Positions 45,863 through 55,809 of a DNA stretch of 64,000 nt are shown in pieces (position 1 is the stretch's first letter; every line of letters begins with the position of its first letter). The position numbers and the translations under genes were made by a program. This DNA is from a virus, in the IMG/VR virus record IMGVR_UViG_3300018962_000001, positions 121,705-185,704 of that record; one strand, written 5' to 3'. A model generated the notes under the pieces. That model was not told where the DNA came from, ran no database searches, and saw only the letters and a list, made by a program, of their open reading frames with translations.

Positions 45863-46714
45863 CTACAGGGAATACATGCCTGTCTGGTGCAGGCGTGCGC
45901 GCTGTTCATCGGTCGCTTGCTGCGAGGCCGATGGCTGCGCACTCCCATCTGGTTTCGGGGGGCGCGGATTACCGGGCGGGATTGGGGTCATGAGTCGCTG
46001 GGCAAGCGATCGTGCTTGTTTCGCCCACTGGACCCGCTGCTCCAGGGCAGCCGCTCCGGGGTCGAGCACTTTCACTTCAGTCGGCCATTCACCCGTTTCC
46101 GTGTCGATTAATTCATTGACCATCGCGGCATACCGCTCGGCCTGGGCACGCGCCGTGGCGAGTTCGCCCTGCGCTTGCTCCTGCTGCACGGTCAGCTGGG
46201 TCGTCAGTTGCGTGGTCTGGGCTTCCAACTCGGTGACTCGGCGTTTGTGATCACCGATCTCGCGTTCGCGTTTATCGGCGAGCTTTTGCCACTGTCGTTG
46301 TTTTTCAGCTTCCTCCTCCTCGGCTTTGCGCGCGGCCTCCGCGGCCTCCGCTGCTGCCGTCGCCGCCGCCGCCGCCGCTTCCTCCTGGGCCACCCGTTCC
46401 TGGGTTTCGCGGTCCAGAATTTGTTGCCGCAAGCGCGCCGCTTCCGCCTCCGCATCCTGCTTGGCCTTGTTCACTTCGTCAAACCGGGCCTTGGGGATCA
46501 TATGGTCCGCCGGGGCAGGCGTTGGTGCGGGGCTGGGCGTTGGTGCAGGATCGGTCCCCGTAGGCGCAGGATCACCGTCACCCGGCGCAGGATCAGTCGT
46601 GAATGACCGGGTAAGGAGGAATAACGACCACAGCGCCAATTGTGGGAGCATGAATGTGCCAAACATACAGGAATCTCCGGTACGATCCGTTTCGAGTTTT
46701 TCGTGCAACGCCAC
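45863..46714 (-). CDS. capsid scaffolding protein (start uncertain)
   Basis: Pro-rich N-terminus, MIPKARFDEVN motif, long coiled coil. Confidence 0.75.
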   Translation of the reverse strand: MALHEKLETDRTGDSCMFGTFMLPQLALWSLFLLTRSFTTDPAPGDGDPAPTGTDPAPTPSPAPTPAPADHMIPKARFDEVNKAKQDAEAEAARLRQQILDRETQERVAQEEAAAAAATAAAEAAEAARKAEEEEAEKQRQWQKLADKREREIGDHKRRVTELEAQTTQLTTQLTVQQEQAQGELATARAQAERYAAMVNELIDTETGEWPTEVKVLDPGAAALEQRVQWAKQARSLAQRLMTPIPPGNPRPPKPDGSAQPSASQQATDEQRARLHQTGMYSL

Positions 46715-46769
46715 GGGATCAATACTGCTAGGATGGGGGGATTGAGCAGCTGCTTCAGCGGGGGAGGTT

Positions 46770-46816
46770 AAACAACAACAGCGCTCGAACTACCTCGTGA
46801 GGTAGTCTGAGCGCTG
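46770..46816 (-). terminator. terminator-like hairpin in the leader of the scaffold/capsid operon
   Basis: Minus strand CAGCGCTCAGACTACC-TCACGA-GGTAGTTCGAGCGCTG followed by TTGTTGTTT. Confidence 0.6.
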
Positions 46817-46852
46817 ACGAAACCGTGCTCCGCAGCTATACGTAATGCCCAT

Positions 46853-46881
46853 AGTATAAGGACCGCTGGTGCTGGTGTCAA
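46853..46881 (-). promoter_or_regulatory. sigma70-type promoter for the capsid operon
   Basis: Minus strand TTGACA-17 nt-TATACT. Confidence 0.7.
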
Positions 46882-46895
46882 TAGCGGGGGTTGAC

Positions 46896-47150
46896 TCAGG
46901 CGGGATCTCGCCTCGATTCTGGGTCGGAATCGAGCAGCGGTGAGCTGGAATCATGGCGCAGCCGCTGACGATCCGCGCGGCGTTCCGTTCGCGACAGCAC
47001 GCTATGCGGGAGTCCCAAATAGTCCTCCAGGCTGGTCAACAGCAAAATCAGCGCCTGACGTGCCGCCATGCCGAGTCGATAGTGATCTCCTTGGGCACTT
47101 GGCCGGAGCGGTACCGGAGATTTCGTGGGCGAATCGTGAGCCATACCCAT
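46896..47150 (-). CDS. small hypothetical protein
   Basis: AAGAAGGA RBS; amphipathic helix RLGMAARQALILLLTSLEDYLGL. Confidence 0.55.
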   Translation of the reverse strand: MGMAHDSPTKSPVPLRPSAQGDHYRLGMAARQALILLLTSLEDYLGLPHSVLSRTERRADRQRLRHDSSSPLLDSDPESRRDPA

Positions 47151-47163
47151 TCCTTCTTGCTCC

Positions 47164-47529
47164 CTACAGGGGATTCAGATCTTCGATCACTCGAATGGTA
47201 AAATAATCGTCGGTTGGAATTGTGAGTCGCTGATCTGGCGACCCATACTGGACCTCGATTTCGGCGAGATAATCCCCCGGCGGGAGCGCGGTCTCGCCCG
47301 GAAGCCACTGAAACTGAAAGCGCGTGGTTACCCGCCCATCATACGTTCCGGTTTCCGCCGTTCCAGGACGTTGAATGACCAACACCCCCCGCTCATTCCG
47401 CACGAAAAACCAGAACACGCCATTGAGTGTTGGGAGGGGCGTGCCATCCGCCTGCCACAGATCGGCCCGAAACGGCGTGAGTGTATCATTGCGCTTCTGA
47501 TAATGAACCAGATTTGACCCGCGATTCAT
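47164..47529 (-). CDS. BppU-N-like Ig-fold virion protein
   Basis: KRNDT...L...DGTP...FQWLPGETALPPGDYLAEIEVQY...TIPTDDYFTIRVIEDL; GGAGG RBS. Confidence 0.7.
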   Translation of the reverse strand: MNRGSNLVHYQKRNDTLTPFRADLWQADGTPLPTLNGVFWFFVRNERGVLVIQRPGTAETGTYDGRVTTRFQFQWLPGETALPPGDYLAEIEVQYGSPDQRLTIPTDDYFTIRVIEDLNPL

Positions 47530-47533
47530 TGTG

Positions 47534-50500
47534 TCACCTCCGTACCTGGGCGCGTGTTCGGCTGGGGAGCACCATGCTGCGACAACGATGGCTGACCACT
47601 GCTGCGCGCATCCGCAGATCACGCACGACGGCGCGAATTGGGAGCGCGAGCGTCGGGATCGCGCCCTGAAGATCGCCTGCCACGACCGCAAAACTGAGCA
47701 CGGCGTGGCCGATCGATCGACTCAGCACCTGCCCGGCCCGCAGGGAAGCCTCCACGCTGAGCACGACCAACAGCGCACGCTGTCGGTGCGCTGTCGCGCC
47801 TGGCCCGACATCAAGCGCGATTCCGGCAGTCACCGATCGATACCCCGCACGTCGGGTGCCAGCAGCAATGATACTCGGTGCTGCGCTGACCAGGCTCCGA
47901 GCCACCGTGCTTTTGGCATGGAGGCTTCCCGTTCCAGCGGCGGTGCTGGTGAGCTGCCGCTGGGAATCTCGTCGCACCTGGGCGGTCATCAGATCGAGGA
48001 CGCTTATCGCAATCGTATGCCCCCGCGCACTGATTCGATCGACGGTCCCCTGTACCGGGCCATGCCATCCACCAGGCCGGTGCGATTCTTGTGCCCGCGC
48101 GCCGGTGATGGTGGTGGCATGATCCACCTCGCCGAACCGAGTAGCCCCACCCCGACGCAGCACGTGGGCTTCCCCAACGACCCCCGCCGACACTCCCTGC
48201 CGGACCAGTGCTTGCCGGGCCAGCTGGAGACCGGTCTCCAGCGGAACGCCGAGACCGCGCACGGTGCTTGCCTGCGACCCAATCACAGCCTCAGCTTCCG
48301 CGTCCACCGTCCCGCTTCGATCGCGTCGACTCCACCGTTCAGCAAAGGTGCTCCCCGGAATAACGAATCCCGCATGGCGGGCACTTTGCCCCCCCGGACT
48401 CACCAGCGGGACCGCTGCCAGGCTGTCGCTCACGGCCCGAATCAGGCGTTGATCGCCACGCAGCCACGCCACCGCCAGCGCCCCCCACGGAGCTGCGCGA
48501 CCAAAGCCCCGTCGCGTCGCGCTGGCCGGGTCGATCCCTTGGCTCACTGAGGGCGCGCGCGCGAGGATCTGGCGGCCTCCGGTTGTCGCGACCGGAGCAA
48601 TTGCCTCTGCCACCCACTGGATCATGGTTGTGACTCGATCCCCGATCGTGGTTGTGACGATGGCGATCGGAGCCGTGCGGCGCTGGGCAAGGATGCGCGT
48701 CCCAACACTCATGACTCCCGTACCCCAGCCTGGCACACGGCGCACGGCCTGATGGGCCGCGAGGCCGATCGCTGGAAGATTTGCAGTTGCCGTTTGGCGA
48801 GACGCCGCCGTTCCCGCAGCGATGCCGGTGCCGATCGGCATCACTTGACTACGCAGGCGGGTTAACGCTTGGGCAGTGCGTAGCAGGCCGATCCCTGGCA
48901 GGTCCAGTAGCACGCCCCGCAGCGCCTCACGGCGCTGGGTAAGTCCGGCGGCGGCGGCGGCGATCGCCATGATCCCCCGGCGAATCGTTTGCTGTCCGCC
49001 CAGCGCGAGGGTGCTGCCGGTTCCCGCCGCGATCTGGCGCTGGGTCATGGTGCGATACCCAAGCCCACTGTTCGCCGCCTGGGTGCTGCCGATCCCGCGC
49101 AGGCCGTGGGTCATACGACTCGTGGTCATGGTGATGGGGACGGGCACCGCTGGGACCTTCAGTGCGTGTCCGCCTTTTGCCAGAGGGACCCCGATCTCGG
49201 TGGCGATTGCCACCGAGCGCGTCACCACTTGGCCCGCAGCAACGGTTGTATAATCGAGGTGATAGTCGTCAACATCAAAGATTTGCTGGGTTCCCGCAGG
49301 GACATTATCGATCTGCAAGGCGGCAACAATCCGGGGTGAGTTCCACATATCCACCACGCCCGGATAGCTTTCGTTCAGGACAAACAGCACGCCATCCGAA
49401 AGAAGCCAGCGGTAGGTAATCTGGTCATTCGCGATGTCCACAACAAACTCCAGGCGATGCCATACATCTGGGTCTAGCTCCTGCGTGAATCCATAGGCTT
49501 GCTCCGTTGAGGGCCGGTTGGCATCCCAGCCACGAGTCGCGCCAAACGGTCGCCAGTGCCGCGTTGGCGCGGTGATGATGTACGTAAAGGCAGCCTCCAA
49601 GCGCCGTCCCTGCTGGTACACCGAAAACGGAAACTCGACGGCTTGCGGGGCATTGACCGTGCCCGCATAGCGCCAGTTGATCCGGTAGATCCATCGCACG
49701 GCATCGACCCACGGAAGATCCTGGTACCGATACACATTGACATAGACCGGCTCACTCCCCGTATTGACCCCACCTGAGGTGGTGATTTCGATTTGATAGA
49801 TCTGTCCATCGCCCGATGGAGCCGATGCGTCCGCGACGATTCGATGGGTCTGCGTCATCGTATAGCCGGGCGACCCATCATTCGGGTTGAAGGTTGTGAG
49901 CGCGCCGTGAGTCCAAAATGCCTCGGTGTAGAGTTTCCATGCACTCAGCGCCGCCTGATCCAGCGGACCAAAAAATCCCTGGCTGCTACTGTCTCGCCGG
50001 GTCAGCGCTCCACTTGCAGGGAGGTTGACCCCTCCAGCGCGCTGGAGTGCCCGCCGCCCAATAGGCAGAGCGGCACTGTTTGCGAGGGTTGTGACTGCCT
50101 GGCGGCGTGCGGCGATCGTCCGCCAGATGCCGCGACTTCCGGGCAGCAACACACTGAGTTGTTTCGTGGCCTGGCCGCGCAGGCTTAACGCGGCCAGGGC
50201 TGGCCCGACCCAGGAGCCAGCAAGATGGGCACCTATGCGACGGACCAGCAGGCCGTTAACAGGGATGATGTGGTCCACCCCGCGCGGCTGTCCGATCCTC
50301 CGCCCAGCACTCGTCTCCAAGGCGATCGAGGTCGTGGCAGCGCGCGTGATCGCGTTGCCAGCCGCAGGCGGGGCATTTAGATTGTCAAAGCTCGCGGTGT
50401 AGGCAGCGGCAGCGGCTCCCGCCGAGGACGTGCGTGCCCCAAATTGGACATATACCGACTCCAGCTCCGCGCCGGTGAGGATGGAGGTACTTTTCCACGC

Positions 50501-52594
50501 GGTTGTCCCATCCGGCAAGGCATCAGGATGACTCCAGGTCAGCCCGTCTGCCGATACATCTCCATACAGAACCCCCGCCGTTTCCCGAATCCGCCACCAT
50601 CGATGGGCTGCCTCCTGGTAGCTGATCGTAATCGCTCCAATCCCGGTTTGCTGCCATTCCAGCGCCTGGGTATTCCCGTTATACTGAATCCAGACCGCAT
50701 CCGCACTGGGATTGACGACCGCGGTTGCTTGCACCCGCAGCAGCACCCGCACGTTCGTTGTTGCGACTAAGGGGAGCACTTCCACGTGAATCGCTTGGCC
50801 GGTCAGGCGATAGGCGCTCGCAGAGGTGTAATAGCCGTAGTCACTCCCTGCTCCGGCGGAGGAAAGACTGATCTGAAGAACGGCTCCCGTTTCTGTCAGC
50901 GTTGGGGTTGCTGTCTTGTGGACGGTCCACATCGGACTCGCCACCGTGTCACTAAACGTATCGACCAGGCTTCCAAGGTTGGCGGTACTACTCATCATCT
51001 GGATCGTCGGTTCGACGCCAACACCCACCGCCGGACCGATAAAGGCACCGCGCGCCACCGAGTCGATCGAATTTACTCCCAGAGACGCATTCCCGCTGAT
51101 CAGCGCTCCTCGGCCAGTGCTTCGGATCGGTGCGGGTCCTGCCGTGGCGGGTATCGCGACGGTGCTGGATCGTGGATAGGCGGATCGATCGCCAAGTCCT
51201 GATGTGTTTGGCGAGGCAATCGTGCTGGCACGGCGAATACTAACGCCCACGCCAACACCGGGGGTGACACTGACTCCGACCGTTGGCTGACGGATGACCG
51301 CCGTGGCTCCGGCGGCGGCCTCCTTATAGGTCACAATACCGCCAATCCAGGTTGCCGTGGCCGACAGGGTAAAGCCCACGGTTTCCGCTGCCCCACCCAC
51401 AAGGTCGCGGGTCCCCACGGTTAACGCGGCAGTCGTGGCGTCAGGATAACTCCCGCGACTCGCGTATGGACTGGCAACGCTGACCGACGCGACGGTCGCC
51501 GCATTCGCCAGCAGGCCGATCGCGAGGCGATTGCCACTGCCAAGGGCGGCACTGGTCGTCGCACTCGCAGCAGTCCCCATCCCGCCGCTGAACCCCGTGC
51601 GATCAACGGGATTGGTTGTGGCAATGCCAACAAACTCAAATGCGATGATCGAAAGATTGCCGGACCCAGCGCCACGCTGCACGGTGATCAAGGGATTCGT
51701 GGTTGTCTGATTGTTTGCGTAGCGCCAGATCTGAATTTCATCACTCCCGCTAACCTGAACAAAATCGCGCGTGAAGCCGAGACCGCTGTTGTAGCTGACA
51801 CTGGTAATCTCACTGGTTCCCGACATGCGATTATTCAGGGCGACGATCAGGGACGATCCTGATCGCGCGGCTTGCGGGAAGGAAAGGTTAAAGGTCGTGG
51901 TCGAGATTCCCTGGTTCCGGGCGGATTGGCAGAGGCCAAACGCACTGGGGGTCGCTGGGACGAGAAACACCGTGAGTCCACTATAGGCTCCGCTTCCCGC
52001 GTCATGCGATCGTGATCCGGTGACTCCTTCGGCAAGATCGTAGCCATACGCGACAAACTGGCGGCAATGAGCCGTGGTGGTCCCACCACTATTTTGATCG
52101 GTCTCCTTGAACATCCGCCAATCCGCGGTGTACGTCGTGCCGGGCACCGCGCTCGTCTCTACCGTTAACCGCATCGCGCCGCGATAGCCAAGCCCTGCCC
52201 CATTGGTGGCAGCCGCATCCGTATGGGTGGTTCCGGTGGTACCACTGTACGACAAGAGACCGACCGCGCGCGCGCCCGCCGTGGTGAGCACGCCAGAGAT
52301 CCCGCAACATGACCAGACACCGCGGCCCGATGTTCCCCAGGAAATGACGGGCGCGGCGGCGTTCCAGGCCGCTGAGAACAGCGCGGTACAGGTGGCGTTC
52401 GTCGAATCCTGGACCTGGCCTTCCTTGGTCCATCCGGTCGTTGCCGTTGTCACGGTGATGGCCGTGCTCGTTTTGATCGACACAAACACCCACAGCGTAT
52501 CCTCGCTTGTCAGTGCAGGCGAGGATGGCAACGTGGGCGTTACCGACGCGGCGCTGAAGGTGCCCGTGGTTTTGTTTTTATGGCGAATGGGCAC
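47534..52594 (-). CDS. giant virion-associated protein with lectin-like domains and R/A/T-rich stalk-like regions
   Basis: 1686 aa; T/S/G/A-rich beta domains; one domain is visibly paralogous to a domain in 19459-26166. Confidence 0.65.
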   Translation of the reverse strand: MPIRHKNKTTGTFSAASVTPTLPSSPALTSEDTLWVFVSIKTSTAITVTTATTGWTKEGQVQDSTNATCTALFSAAWNAAAPVISWGTSGRGVWSCCGISGVLTTAGARAVGLLSYSGTTGTTHTDAAATNGAGLGYRGAMRLTVETSAVPGTTYTADWRMFKETDQNSGGTTTAHCRQFVAYGYDLAEGVTGSRSHDAGSGAYSGLTVFLVPATPSAFGLCQSARNQGISTTTFNLSFPQAARSGSSLIVALNNRMSGTSEITSVSYNSGLGFTRDFVQVSGSDEIQIWRYANNQTTTNPLITVQRGAGSGNLSIIAFEFVGIATTNPVDRTGFSGGMGTAASATTSAALGSGNRLAIGLLANAATVASVSVASPYASRGSYPDATTAALTVGTRDLVGGAAETVGFTLSATATWIGGIVTYKEAAAGATAVIRQPTVGVSVTPGVGVGVSIRRASTIASPNTSGLGDRSAYPRSSTVAIPATAGPAPIRSTGRGALISGNASLGVNSIDSVARGAFIGPAVGVGVEPTIQMMSSTANLGSLVDTFSDTVASPMWTVHKTATPTLTETGAVLQISLSSAGAGSDYGYYTSASAYRLTGQAIHVEVLPLVATTNVRVLLRVQATAVVNPSADAVWIQYNGNTQALEWQQTGIGAITISYQEAAHRWWRIRETAGVLYGDVSADGLTWSHPDALPDGTTAWKSTSILTGAELESVYVQFGARTSSAGAAAAAYTASFDNLNAPPAAGNAITRAATTSIALETSAGRRIGQPRGVDHIIPVNGLLVRRIGAHLAGSWVGPALAALSLRGQATKQLSVLLPGSRGIWRTIAARRQAVTTLANSAALPIGRRALQRAGGVNLPASGALTRRDSSSQGFFGPLDQAALSAWKLYTEAFWTHGALTTFNPNDGSPGYTMTQTHRIVADASAPSGDGQIYQIEITTSGGVNTGSEPVYVNVYRYQDLPWVDAVRWIYRINWRYAGTVNAPQAVEFPFSVYQQGRRLEAAFTYIITAPTRHWRPFGATRGWDANRPSTEQAYGFTQELDPDVWHRLEFVVDIANDQITYRWLLSDGVLFVLNESYPGVVDMWNSPRIVAALQIDNVPAGTQQIFDVDDYHLDYTTVAAGQVVTRSVAIATEIGVPLAKGGHALKVPAVPVPITMTTSRMTHGLRGIGSTQAANSGLGYRTMTQRQIAAGTGSTLALGGQQTIRRGIMAIAAAAAGLTQRREALRGVLLDLPGIGLLRTAQALTRLRSQVMPIGTGIAAGTAASRQTATANLPAIGLAAHQAVRRVPGWGTGVMSVGTRILAQRRTAPIAIVTTTIGDRVTTMIQWVAEAIAPVATTGGRQILARAPSVSQGIDPASATRRGFGRAAPWGALAVAWLRGDQRLIRAVSDSLAAVPLVSPGGQSARHAGFVIPGSTFAERWSRRDRSGTVDAEAEAVIGSQASTVRGLGVPLETGLQLARQALVRQGVSAGVVGEAHVLRRGGATRFGEVDHATTITGARAQESHRPGGWHGPVQGTVDRISARGHTIAISVLDLMTAQVRRDSQRQLTSTAAGTGSLHAKSTVARSLVSAAPSIIAAGTRRAGYRSVTAGIALDVGPGATAHRQRALLVVLSVEASLRAGQVLSRSIGHAVLSFAVVAGDLQGAIPTLALPIRAVVRDLRMRAAVVSHRCRSMVLPSRTRAQVRR

Positions 52595-52596
52595 CG

Positions 52597-52908
52597 TCAG
52601 GCTCCAAGATCATCAAATCCGTAGGAGAACTCGTCGCTAACCGTATTGACGTTAAACAGCCCCGCACCGATCGGCGGGGTGCTCGCTATGGGACTGCCGG
52701 TCGTGGGATGGCGTGGACTGGGGGGCACCTCATAGGTCCACCGCCGCCGCCGCCGGACGTTGGCGGCCCAGAACCGCAGGGTGTTGGGCGTGAGGTTCGT
52801 AATCACGATTCCGTTTTCGACATTCGCGCCGGTCACCGTGTCATACGAAACAAGGACTCGAATCAACCCCTGCTCGTATTCAGCCACCAGATCCGTCACC
52901 ACAGCCAT
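52597..52908 (-). CDS. hypothetical protein
   Basis: AAGGAGG RBS. Confidence 0.6.
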   Translation of the reverse strand: MAVVTDLVAEYEQGLIRVLVSYDTVTGANVENGIVITNLTPNTLRFWAANVRRRRRWTYEVPPSPRHPTTGSPIASTPPIGAGLFNVNTVSDEFSYGFDDLGA

Positions 52909-52923
52909 GATCCCTCCTTCGCG

Positions 52924-53568
52924 CTAGTTGGAGATGGTCCAATCCACGCGCAGGGTGTCATTGGTGGCTAAGACGGCATTCGACGAGAAATTGTCCTCCG
53001 CATACAGCACCGATCCCGCCACTGTCGCCGAGTCAAATAATCCGGCTCCATACGCCGTGGCCGCGCCGGTGGCGGTATAGGTGTACTGGACAAGCTGGCT
53101 GAATTGTGCGCCGTTGGTGGCGGGAGCCGTGTAGTTGCCCGTAATCACCGTTGCCGCCGCACGCGCGAGGCCCAGGGTCGTGAACTCGTTGGTGGTAACC
53201 CCCGCCGAGGTTGACCCGAGCGACAGATTGGCTTTCGATTTGGTGAGGGCAGCGCTGGCAACAGCGATAATCTTAAACTGGTTGGTATTGACCGCCCCCG
53301 GCGAGGCTCCGCCCCCAAAGATCTGAAGCGCCTGACGATTCGCACCCGAATCGACGCGCTCGTTACAGGACAGATCGACCCAGAGGGTGTCCCACCTCAA
53401 GATCTGCCCCGCCTCCATCACAGGTCGCCGTTGCACGGCGACGACCAACCCAAATTCTCCCGGCTGCCGGGTGGCTTTCCGGCCACCAGGGTAGATCCGC
53501 ATGGCATCCCAGGAGGCCGGGCGAAAAATGCGTCCCAGCAGGGGATGCGTATAGAGCACCTGCGTCAT
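52924..53568 (-). CDS. putative virion structural protein
   Basis: C-terminal YGAGLFDSATVAGSVLYAEDNF...LATNDTLRVDWTI resembles tail-collar/fibre-attachment domains. Confidence 0.6.
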   Translation of the reverse strand: MTQVLYTHPLLGRIFRPASWDAMRIYPGGRKATRQPGEFGLVVAVQRRPVMEAGQILRWDTLWVDLSCNERVDSGANRQALQIFGGGASPGAVNTNQFKIIAVASAALTKSKANLSLGSTSAGVTTNEFTTLGLARAAATVITGNYTAPATNGAQFSQLVQYTYTATGAATAYGAGLFDSATVAGSVLYAEDNFSSNAVLATNDTLRVDWTISN

Positions 53569-54236
53569 GACCCGGACTCCTTCTGCTGTGTGGCGGTGGC
53601 ATCGCTACTCAGATCCTCGCCTTGGCGGGACCGTTCGGCACGAGCGAGCGTTTCGGCGGCCTGGTCGGCTTGCTGCCGGAGCTGTTCCTCCGGCGGCGGC
53701 GCAGTCTGATTCGTCGGATTGAGATTCATCGCCCGAAACCCGTCCCCCTTCCGGTATAACCGCTCCTGGCTGGGATCAACGTCCCAGGATCGTCCATGTG
53801 GATCAGTGACCGTGACCGGGGTGGACCGGGGACTCGTCTGGTACTGGCGGAGCGCACTATCCCGCAAGATCGTCCACTGGGCGACCAGGGTATTCACCGC
53901 AACCTCCGCCGCCGCCAGTGCGCCTTCATCTGCCGCATCGACGACTCCGTCGTCTTCCACGCCTTTGAGAAAGGTGGTAATCGCGGTTCGTGCGCCATCA
54001 AAAACCGGCTTTAAGTCACGGGCCAGGGTTTTGAGGTCAGCCCGATAGGGATTCCAGCCCTGCGCCTGGAGCGCGGCCACGGCTGTTTGGGGGGCTTTAA
54101 TACAGATTTCGCCGCGCGCATCCCAGAGATCAACGAGCACATCACCATTGACCTCAACCGTGGTCGCTGCCTGAGAGGCAAGCTGAACAGCCCCGCCACT
54201 TTCGACGGTCGCGCCGATGGCTTGTGGATCAGCCAT
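53565..54236 (-). CDS. hypothetical protein, first gene of the leftward structural operon
   Basis: AGGAGG RBS; promoter upstream. Confidence 0.6.
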   Translation of the reverse strand: MADPQAIGATVESGGAVQLASQAATTVEVNGDVLVDLWDARGEICIKAPQTAVAALQAQGWNPYRADLKTLARDLKPVFDGARTAITTFLKGVEDDGVVDAADEGALAAAEVAVNTLVAQWTILRDSALRQYQTSPRSTPVTVTDPHGRSWDVDPSQERLYRKGDGFRAMNLNPTNQTAPPPEEQLRQQADQAAETLARAERSRQGEDLSSDATATQQKESGS

Positions 54237-54272
54237 ACGTATCCTCCTGGTGTCGGTGGGGGGCGTGCCTAC

Positions 54273-54359
54273 AGTATAGCATCTGCCACGCGGTTGTCAC
54301 ATGGTCCGTGCAAACTCCGATCGATGCCCCTTGACATACGCTGATACATGCGCTAAGCT
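54273..54359. promoter_or_regulatory. divergent promoters at the structural/early boundary
   Basis: Minus: GTGACA-16-TATACT (54300-54273, extended TG). Plus: TTGACA-tacgctgatacatgcgc-TAAGCT (54331-54359). Confidence 0.65.
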
Positions 54360-54386
54360 GGGAGCAAGCAAGGGAGGTACCGGACA

Positions 54387-54782
54387 ATGAGGGATCGTGA
54401 ACTGCTGAACCGGGTCCGCGAAATATTAGCCCGCATCGGATTGAAGCCGACGCACCAGCAAAGCGGCCTGGATACGCGACGGATCGATCCGACCATGCTT
54501 GCCAGGAGCGGCGGGCGCATGCCGTATCGGATGAAACCACAGCACCGCGCCGGGTATCGACTCGCCAACCATGTCCTCCGAGTTGCGGATCAGCACCAGC
54601 ACACGATGCGGATCGTGTGGCAACCGGAGTCGGACAACTACGCAGCGACCACCATGCCCCAATACCAGTATGTGTTGGAGCGTGCCCGTGCCGCCTGCGA
54701 ATCCGCAGGCGTTCGGGTCATCACCGATACGCAGTATCCATATGATCTCATTCTTTTGCCCACTGAGGAGGATCGCCCATGA
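54387..54782 (+). CDS. hypothetical protein
   Basis: GGAGG RBS after promoter. Confidence 0.6.
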   Translation: MRDRELLNRVREILARIGLKPTHQQSGLDTRRIDPTMLARSGGRMPYRMKPQHRAGYRLANHVLRVADQHQHTMRIVWQPESDNYAATTMPQYQYVLERARAACESAGVRVITDTQYPYDLILLPTEEDRP

Positions 54783-55501
54783 CTCGATCGATTGGCCCTG
54801 GATGGAATGGCTACGCCACCATCGATAACCTGGAGGCCATTGCCACGGCCATCAGGACGCTTCTCGCCGGACGCCGCTATGTATTTATCGCGGTTAACGA
54901 ATCGTATCCCTACCGAGTCGACGCCCGCACCGGCCAGCGACTTAGCCCGGAAAAAGCCACCTCGCGCCAGTCCCTGCGAGTCTGGTATAACGATGACGTG
55001 AAGCACCCGGCGACCGCGCGCTTTGGCGGCCTCACCGCGATCGATACCTATGGAACCTGGGGAATTACGACCAGCGCGCGGGACACCATGAAAGTTAATG
55101 AGCTGGACACGTTGCAAACCCCTTACATCAGCTTCGATGGGCGCGGGGAGCACGCGAAAATCCAGATCCGGCACTACAATGGCATGAGCGAGGTGTTAAA
55201 CTGGACCATCGCCGTTGAAGCCGAGCCGGATGCCGATGCGACTTGGTGGCCGCGCCTGTCGCCGGAGCGGGTCATGGAGCGGCTTACGCAGCAGCGAGTC
55301 AACGTCACCGCCTGCTATATGGACGGGGGAACGCATCATCCCTATTGGGTGATCGCAGGCTATACCAGCGGCGGCGAATTTGCGGTGCTATACGACGATA
55401 CCACCTGGAGCGTTCGGGGTGATCGATCGATGCAGCCGGTGGTTGAGGAGTGGCTCGCGCCGATCCTGGGTGGGCGAGTCTATCGGGAACGCCCGGTATG
55501 A
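54779..55501 (+). CDS. hypothetical protein
   Basis: 240 aa, ATGA-coupled, GAGGAGG RBS. Confidence 0.6.
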   Translation: MTRSIGPGWNGYATIDNLEAIATAIRTLLAGRRYVFIAVNESYPYRVDARTGQRLSPEKATSRQSLRVWYNDDVKHPATARFGGLTAIDTYGTWGITTSARDTMKVNELDTLQTPYISFDGRGEHAKIQIRHYNGMSEVLNWTIAVEAEPDADATWWPRLSPERVMERLTQQRVNVTACYMDGGTHHPYWVIAGYTSGGEFAVLYDDTTWSVRGDRSMQPVVEEWLAPILGGRVYRERPV

Positions 55502-55809
55502 GCCCTCATACCCCTGGCTACTTTTACGCGATCCGGTGTGTCTGTGGGTGTATTCACGGCTGGATCACCCACCCTGCCGTTCGCAAAGTGACCCGCGAAT
55601 CGCGAACGGCGATGGAAACTGTCTGGTACTGCCCGGCATGCGGTCGCCAACATCGCACCACCGATGGTACCTGGCTAGGCCAACCTCGCAAAGCCTATGA
55701 GGAAATCACGGACGAATCGCAGCTGCCCACACAAGGCAGTCGTGGTCATGGGCCAAGGCGGATACGGAACGGGCAGATCTTCGAGGTTCCTGAGGAGGAT
55801 AGCTGGTGA
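55498..55809 (+). CDS. zinc-binding hypothetical protein
   Basis: RCVCG...YCPACG; coupled start. Confidence 0.55.
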   Translation: MSPHTPGYFYAIRCVCGCIHGWITHPAVRKVTRESRTAMETVWYCPACGRQHRTTDGTWLGQPRKAYEEITDESQLPTQGSRGHGPRRIRNGQIFEVPEEDSW

